Source: Isurus oxyrinchus (Eukaryota). From it: a DNA stretch of 64,000 nucleotides. The stretch lies in NCBI GenBank assembly GCA_026770705.1, contig JANJGN010000042.1:992001-1056000 (forward strand), read 5' to 3'. Position numbers and translations under genes: made by a program. Below, piece after piece: positions 58,230 through 64,000 of the stretch; position 1 is the first letter of the stretch; every line of letters begins with the position of its first letter. The notes below the pieces were generated by a model that worked only from the letters and a program-made list of their open reading frames with translations, had not been told where the DNA came from and searched no databases.

Positions 58230-59047
58230 GATAACCAGTGAGATTATCCATTTTGGTAGCAAAAACAGGAAGGCAGATTATTATCTGAATGGCTATAAAT
58301 TGAGAGAGGGGAATTTGCAACGACACCTGGGGATCCTTCTACACCAGTCGCTGAAGGTAAGGATGCAGGTGCAGCAGGCGGTAAAGAAAGAAAATGGCAT
58401 GTTGGCCTTCATACCGAGAGGATTCGAGTACAGGAGCAGGGATGTATAGCTGCAATTGTACAGAGCCTTGGTGAGACCACATCTCGAATATTGTGTTTAA
58501 TTTTGGTCTCCTTATCTGAGTAAGGATGCACTTACTATAGAAGGAGTGCAGCGAAGATTTGCCCGAATGAATCCTGGTATGGTGAGACTGACATGTGAGG
58601 AGAGGTTGAGTCGATTAGGATTATATTCACTGGAGTTCAGAAGAACGAGGGGAGATCTCATAGAAACTTATAAAATTCTAAGAGGACTAGACAGGGTAGA
58701 TGCAGGAAGAATGTTTCCGATGGTGGGGGAGTCCAGAGCAAGGGACCACAGTCCGAGGATGTGATGTAAACCATTTAGGCCTGAGATGAGGAGAAATTTC
58801 TTCACACAGAGAGTGGTGAGCCTGTGGAATTCGTTACCACAGAAAGTAGTTGAGACCAAAACATTTGTGTGCTTTCATGGAGTTAGATATAGCTCCTGGG
58901 GCAAAAGGGTTCAAAGGGTGTGAGGAGAAAGCAGAAGCAGGCTATTGAGTTGGATAATCAACCATGATCATGATGAAAGGCAGAGCAGTCTCGAAGGACT
59001 GAATGGCCTATTCCAGCTCCTTGCTTCTATGTTTCTATGTTTCTATT
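58230..59047 (+). mobile_element. CR1 3' portion, relatively young, with 8-bp tail repeat
   Basis: VQRRFARMNPGMVRLTCEERLSRLGLYSLEFRRTRGDLIETYKIL; terminal (ttctatgt)n at ~59025-59047. Confidence 0.9.
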
Positions 59048-60419
59048 TATCTTCTGGAAGCTACATTACAATCTCAGTCTGTATGTAGCACGGAATACAC
59101 TCCATGTAACATGTTGTGGTGTCACATGTAAAGCAGATGGTTAATAATTGAAACTGGGCAAGAAGAAAACAGTGTGACGTACTAGGATCCCTTAAATGCC
59201 CATCATTCCATTTCATAATTGGGTTATCATATGCTTAAATTAAACCAATTAAAATCTCTGCGAATGAAAATGGCTTCCCGATGCTCTTAATATTGGTTTC
59301 CTAACGCCATCAACATTAATATGCAAATATTAACGTCAGCTGCAATGCTCATGGTACCAGCAATTAGAAATAGTGCAGTTCACCTATCAGTTATTATCAA
59401 ACCGACGCTGTTTTCATAATATGAACTTCATCCATGCCCATTAACACTATCATATTGCCAGTTTATGTATATGACCAAGTTAAGGACAGCAAACCCCAAG
59501 TACATGAAAACTCGTTGATCATATGGGCATTGCGCTTGCGTGAATCAAATTATAAGGCCCACGTTCTAACAATTATGAATCACAAATGATTGGGATGTTG
59601 ATGGTTCGGGAGATTATTGGCAGGTTTGTATCAAAGTACATCCGGATGGTGATTTACCGCCCGTCGATATTAATGATCTAAAATTATGAGAGGGCGGTTC
59701 AGTTATGATGATTTGAGTTACAAAGCCTTGTGGGAAGGGTACCAGAGGGAAGCACATTCTTTGAAACTTGCACCTTTGATCTTGCAGTTACTCTTCCCGT
59801 GAATGCCGATAGGCTCGACTATTGGAGGGCTAAAAGAGTACTATTCCCTGCTTTAAAGGGATGAGTCCACATGAACATGGCCTTGTGCTTTTTAGGGGGT
59901 AATGCACATTTCTATCTGTCAAAGGCAATGCACCTGGCTCCTTGAGCTCTGTTTACGAGATGAGAAAGTGGCGTCAACTCCAAACGCCTTCCAGACTAAT
60001 CGTACAGGTTCACATAGCTCATGAATCAAACATTATACTTGCTCGTAAATCCTGCAGCCAAACAACTTTCTGTATGAAGACGTTTCACTCGATTACTGCT
60101 TAAAATCCCTCAATTTTAATATTGTCCTCTCCTTGATCACTTAACCATTAATAACGTCCTGCTCCCATCTATCTACCCTGACCAATTCGTTGACGTTTTA
60201 AACAGTTTGCTTTATCTACTCTTAATGAAAGCTTTCTTTAAAAAAATGACAAAGCTTATAGTTTTTTTTATTCCCATTTACATATCGTCATAACTGGCAT
60301 CGTTCTAGTCATCAAGAATAGCAGCAGAGTGATTAAGCTACAGAAGAAATAACCTTCAAGGCTCGCCAAATAGTATAGGAACATGAGTAAAAATACCAAA
60401 ACAGCAGCTTGGGAATTAA

Positions 60420-60720
60420 CATTCAGTAAATTTAATAAATCTGCAAATAAAATGCTACAGTCAGCAATGTTGAGATGAAATTACCGGATTCTTTTAGAGG
60501 ACGGCCCTTTCGTTTTCTAATTCCCATTATGTTCTCACCCGGTCTCACATACACAAAAACCCAAATGCGTAACCATGTAACTGGCTTTTATCTGCTCTCT
60601 AAAATTATCAAGTAAGTCATTCTTGTCAGGAAAGATGCTCACCACCACTTCCAAAGGGCAATTAGGGACAGTAAATAAATATTAGTTTTACCAGAGGCGT
60701 CCTGTGAATGAATGAGGCAA
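60420..60720 (+). mobile_element. HE1-like SINE remnant
   Basis: gggcaattaggga..aataaat..gaatgaat tail shared with the HE1/HER1-like copies. Confidence 0.45.
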
Positions 60721-60999
60721 CAAAAAATGTTTGGCACAACATTTAAAGCCTCAACGTCCATATCATATTGGAGAGCCAAAATTGCATAAACTCTCTGCTC
60801 TTCCACAAAACTGAACTAATTTTCTTTCAGAGTATCATTTCCAGCGCCTTCTTTACAAAGGGAATCATCTCAATGTTATTGGCATTGACTGTCCCCTGCC
60901 ACTTATTAGCACTTCCCCGCATATTACCCAACTCCGTTTGGTTTTCCAAATATTAAGAAGTGTTTCTTATGTTGCGTTCACCATTCGGAAAACTTTCCT

Positions 61000-61800
61000 C
61001 ACGGCTATAACAACAAAACTAATAAAATCAAATGTAGCGCCTTTCATTGGCCTATGGGGTTTCCCTGTGAAAATTATTAAATAAAGAATGACACCAAGGC
61101 ACATAAGGAGATATTGGGTCTGATTGCCAAAAGCTTCGTCAAACAGGTAGTTTAATGAATGCCTTAAATGGAGAAAGCGAGGCAGAGAGGCTGAGAGCTG
61201 TAAGGACTGCATCTCAGAGTTTGTGTTCGAGACAGTTGAAGGCACGGCCACCAGCTGTGGAGCGATTAAAGTTTGGAGTGTACAAGAGGCCAGAAATAAA
61301 GGCATAGATCTCTTGTAGCGTTTTTGTGTTTGGAGCAAATTATAGATATAAAAATGGGCAAGGCTATGGAGGCTTATGAAAACAAGGATTATAATATTAA
61401 AATCAAAGGTTGCTTGCCCAGAAGTAAATGTCAGTCTGTGAGCAAAGAGATTATAGGTGAGTGGGACTTGCTGTGAGATAAAATGAGGGCAGCAGAGTTT
61501 TACAGGACTTCAGGTTTACAGTGGGTAGAATATGGGAGGCAGGAGTGCGTTGGAATAATTGAATCTAGAGGTAACGAAGAAAAGAGCCAAGGGTGAGCTG
61601 AGACAGGGGCGAAGTCAAGTAATGTTATGGGGGTGGAAATAGTGCATCTTAGATATGATGTGATTATGAAGTCGGAAGCTCTTTGCCGCATCGAATATGA
61701 CATCGAGGTTGCAATGAGACTGCCATGAACAGAGCCTGCTGCCGGGGAATTAGTTGGAGTCAGTAGCTAGGAAAGGGATTTTGGAGCGGGGATCACAATA
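61000..61800 (-). mobile_element. L2-like LINE 3' fragment
   Basis: Minus strand near 61540-61580 reads FVTSRFNYSNALL, the typical L2 RT C-terminal motif (LVxSRLDYCNxLL). Confidence 0.6.
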
Positions 61801-62214
61801 ATATCACTGATTTACGGGGTGAACAAACATGCCCAGAGAACAGAATCATGTGCTAGAGTTTTACCCATTTCCAACAACAATGATTATATTGATATCCCTG
61901 TTGGCCTTGCTGTGATGCATTTTAATTGATTTGCGCTCTTTTCCTTAATCTTTCCATAATTCTCCAGTACTGTCCTGTCAAAGGCTTTCTTAAGCTTCGC
62001 GTGCGTAAATGTACATGACCAAAAGTCGAAATATCACAGGAAAAAAAAAGGAAAACAAGGAAGGTTTCTTGCATGAACACAGCTCAAACCAAGCATGCGG
62101 TCTTTGTTTATCACGGGTAGGTCAATAGATTTATCACATTAAAGGCATGACTGTTCCATTAGACGTTATTTTAGTGAGAGCTGTTTATTTCATTCGGTGC
62201 ACAAAGCTGACATT

Positions 62215-62625
62215 TAAACATGGATATCATTATCAATCTAAGACTAATCCATCGCCAATTGTTGAACATGTACGTTTACAATATGCAAGATGAACTACAG
62301 CGATTCACCAAGTCTCCAACGAAAGCACCTTCCAAACATTCCACATCTACCATTTTGAAGACAACAATATACACCAAACGCATGATAACAGTACAACCAG
62401 CAGGTTTCCCTCCAAGCCCCACAGCATCCTGACTTGAAACTATATCGCCATGCATTCACTGTGGCTGAATCAATGTCTTGTAAATTTGTTGCTAACAGCA
62501 GTGTGTGTGTACTTGCATAAGATGGACTGCTGAGATTCAAGGAGCCACCTTCACAAGCACAAATAGTGAATGTTCACAATTGATGGCCTTGCCAGCGAAG
62601 CCCACACCCCATGAAAGTACAATTA
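62215..62625 (+). mobile_element. HER1-like LINE 3' end
   Basis: Homologous to 41500-41940 (tgcaagatgaactacagc, cctgacttgaaactatatcgcc, gccagcgaagcccacaccccatga). Confidence 0.6.
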
Positions 62626-62833
62626 AAACAAACAAAATAGTATGAAAAGCAATCAGCTTGTATGGAAACAAACTGAACATGGTGACCGTGAAGTATCTTC
62701 ATTTTTAGTCAGCCGATCTGTCCACATTAATTGGATGCAGATTCGACTAGTGTGACTGTGACTGTAGACATAGAAGTCATAACCTAACCTATCGCAAACC
62801 CTAAGCTAACCACATTGCTAATGGTCTATCACT

Positions 62834-62873
62834 CCGCCCTATGCAAATCCGCCCATCCTCTTGATGTTTATAA
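62834..62873 (+). promoter_or_regulatory. IgNAR V promoter: GC box - octamer - GC box - TATA
   Basis: CCGCCC 62834-62839, ATGCAAAT 62841-62848, CCGCCC 62849-62854, TTTATAA 62867-62873; about 100-125 nt upstream of the leader ATG. Confidence 0.85.
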
Positions 62874-62966
62874 GGTCGGTGTTCTGCTACACACCGTTAC
62901 ACAGAACAGTTGGTGTTGAGGTCTATAGTTCGTTCTGCTTATGTTTTCCACACTGGTGAAGAAACA

Positions 62967-63423
62967 ATGAATATTTTCTGCCTTTCGCTCCTTTTAACCT
63001 GGTTACCAAGTAAGTGCTGTTCGCTAAAAAAGAGTGTACAGTAACTGGTTAAATTAGTGTGGCTGCGCCCGTATTGTGTAATTTGCCTTTGCCTTTAAAT
63101 GTTTTCATTGTTTCAGACCCGCAAGTTATTTAATATATTTTCTCCATTCAGGTACCTTCAGTATTAGAGTGGACCAAACACCAAGAACGGCAACGAAAGA
63201 GACAGGCGATTCCCTGACAATCAACTGCGTCCTAAAGGATGCTAGCTGTAGCTTGTACTCTACATCATGGTTCCGGAAAAACCCGGGATCAACAAATTGG
63301 GAACGGATAACCATTGGCGGCCGATATGTTGAATCAGTCAACAAGGGAAGCAAATCATTTTCCCTGCGAATCAATGACCTGACAGTTGAAGACAGTGTCA
63401 CGTTTTACTGCAGAGCTGAAACT
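62967..63423 (+). CDS. IgNAR: IgNAR germline V gene segment, type II VNAR (leader exon 62967-63009, intron 63010-63151, V exon 63152-63423)
   Basis: Leader [15 protein letters not shown]|gtaagt; acceptor ttcag ending 63151 (phase 1, giving STFS). Mature [87 protein letters not shown]: VNAR hallmarks (no CDR2 strands, [14 protein letters not shown]), extra Cys in CDR1, no FR2 Cys. Open frame. Confidence 0.96.
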
Positions 63424-63461
63424 CACAGTAATGAGTTTGAACTTCTGCTCATACAAGAACA
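63424..63461 (+). other. V 3' recombination signal sequence (23-type, 22-bp spacer)
   Basis: CACAGTA 63424-63430, 22 nt, ACAAGAACA 63453-63461. Confidence 0.93.
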
Positions 63462-63651
63462 CCCTCGGATCTTCTGGTGATTAAAATAGGAACTGCTTCG
63501 TTTTTTCACTCAAACGTTGCACTCACAGATTCCCATCTGAGACCGGCGGAGTTGTGTAAATAACTGGTGATATTTTCAAGATCAGAAATCTCCGCAGTGA
63601 GAATGAGGATTTGAAGTGCGGTTGTTCAATGTACAGCCCCGCATGTGAACC

Positions 63652-63734
63652 TATTTGTGCGCTGGGCTGTACCACTGTGTACATACTATAGCTGCCACAG
63701 CAATCGAGAAGACGGTTCCTGTAATACACAAACT
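63652..63734 (+). other. IgNAR: IgNAR D1 segment (63680-63695) with 5' 12-RSS and 3' 23-RSS
   Basis: TATTTGTGC 63652-63660, 12 nt, CACTGTG 63673-63679 | TACATACTATAGCTGC | CACAGCA 63696-63702, 23 nt, ACACAAACT 63726-63734. Confidence 0.92.
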
Positions 63735-63922
63735 ACCAGCAGAGATTATGTTTTAAAAGTGAGAACAGAGTCATCATATCTCAACGGGTTTAGCAGCAAG
63801 TTTTCGGTTTCTCAGTGATTTGGATGGGTTTAGTTATAAAAGGCTTAAAAGAACAATGTTGTGTTGTGTATACAGATAGTGTATACATCAAAACTGAGAG
63901 CGTTGCATTACTGCACGTGCGA

Positions 63923-64000
63923 CCTTTTTGCACTGATCCCTATGACTGTGTGGCTGGTGTGACGATGTGCCACAGTGATGAATCCTGGATTCGCATAATA
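63923..64000 (+). other. IgNAR: IgNAR D2 segment (63951-63970) with 5' 12-RSS and 3' RSS (22/23-type; nonamer beyond window end)
   Basis: CCTTTTTGC 63923-63931, 12 nt, GACTGTG 63944-63950 | TGGCTGGTGTGACGATGTGC | CACAGTG 63971-63977; no nonamer at 12 nt downstream. Confidence 0.9.

Noticed and set aside
62967-63423. NAR-TCR or conventional VH/TCR V identity
   Set aside because: The leader (MNIF..) and framework motifs are IgNAR-type, CDR2 strands are absent, and two 12/23 D segments imply a third D. NAR-TCR is not formally excluded without downstream sequence.
63424-63480. ORF extension [18 protein letters not shown] after the V domain
   Set aside because: Read-through into the RSS heptamer/spacer/nonamer; removed on V(D)J recombination.

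Overview
Eukaryotic, repeat-rich genomic DNA from a cartilaginous fish (shark; inferred from the IgNAR gene and the repeat families). Three gene-level elements are present, all on the + strand. Two are tandem, two-exon GPR139/GPR142-like class A GPCR paralogs (1704-3946 and 19830-22858), both frameshifted as assembled. The third is the 5' half of an unrearranged IgNAR cluster at the right edge: octamer/TATA promoter, leader exon, type II VNAR exon, D1 and D2 with 12/23 RSSs; D3/J/C are expected beyond the window. The rest is mostly decayed retroelements: CR1, HER1-like and L2 LINEs, HE1-like and Deu-domain SINEs, a Penelope-like element with a 13-bp TSD, and short palindromic Penelope-end derivatives carrying hammerhead-ribozyme motifs. 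There is also a ~3.8-kb, 68-bp tandem array. Most interesting observations: (a) almost every 68-bp unit contains a perfect RSS heptamer, exactly 23 bp, then a nonamer-like TCACAAAGA, in the same orientation as the IgNAR V RSS ~26 kb downstream; (b) both GPCR promoters carry a conserved homeodomain + O/E(Ebf)-like + TATA module resembling olfactory-receptor promoters, suggesting an unrecognised chemosensory receptor family. Boundaries of decayed repeats are approximate (read by eye); family names were assigned without database searches.
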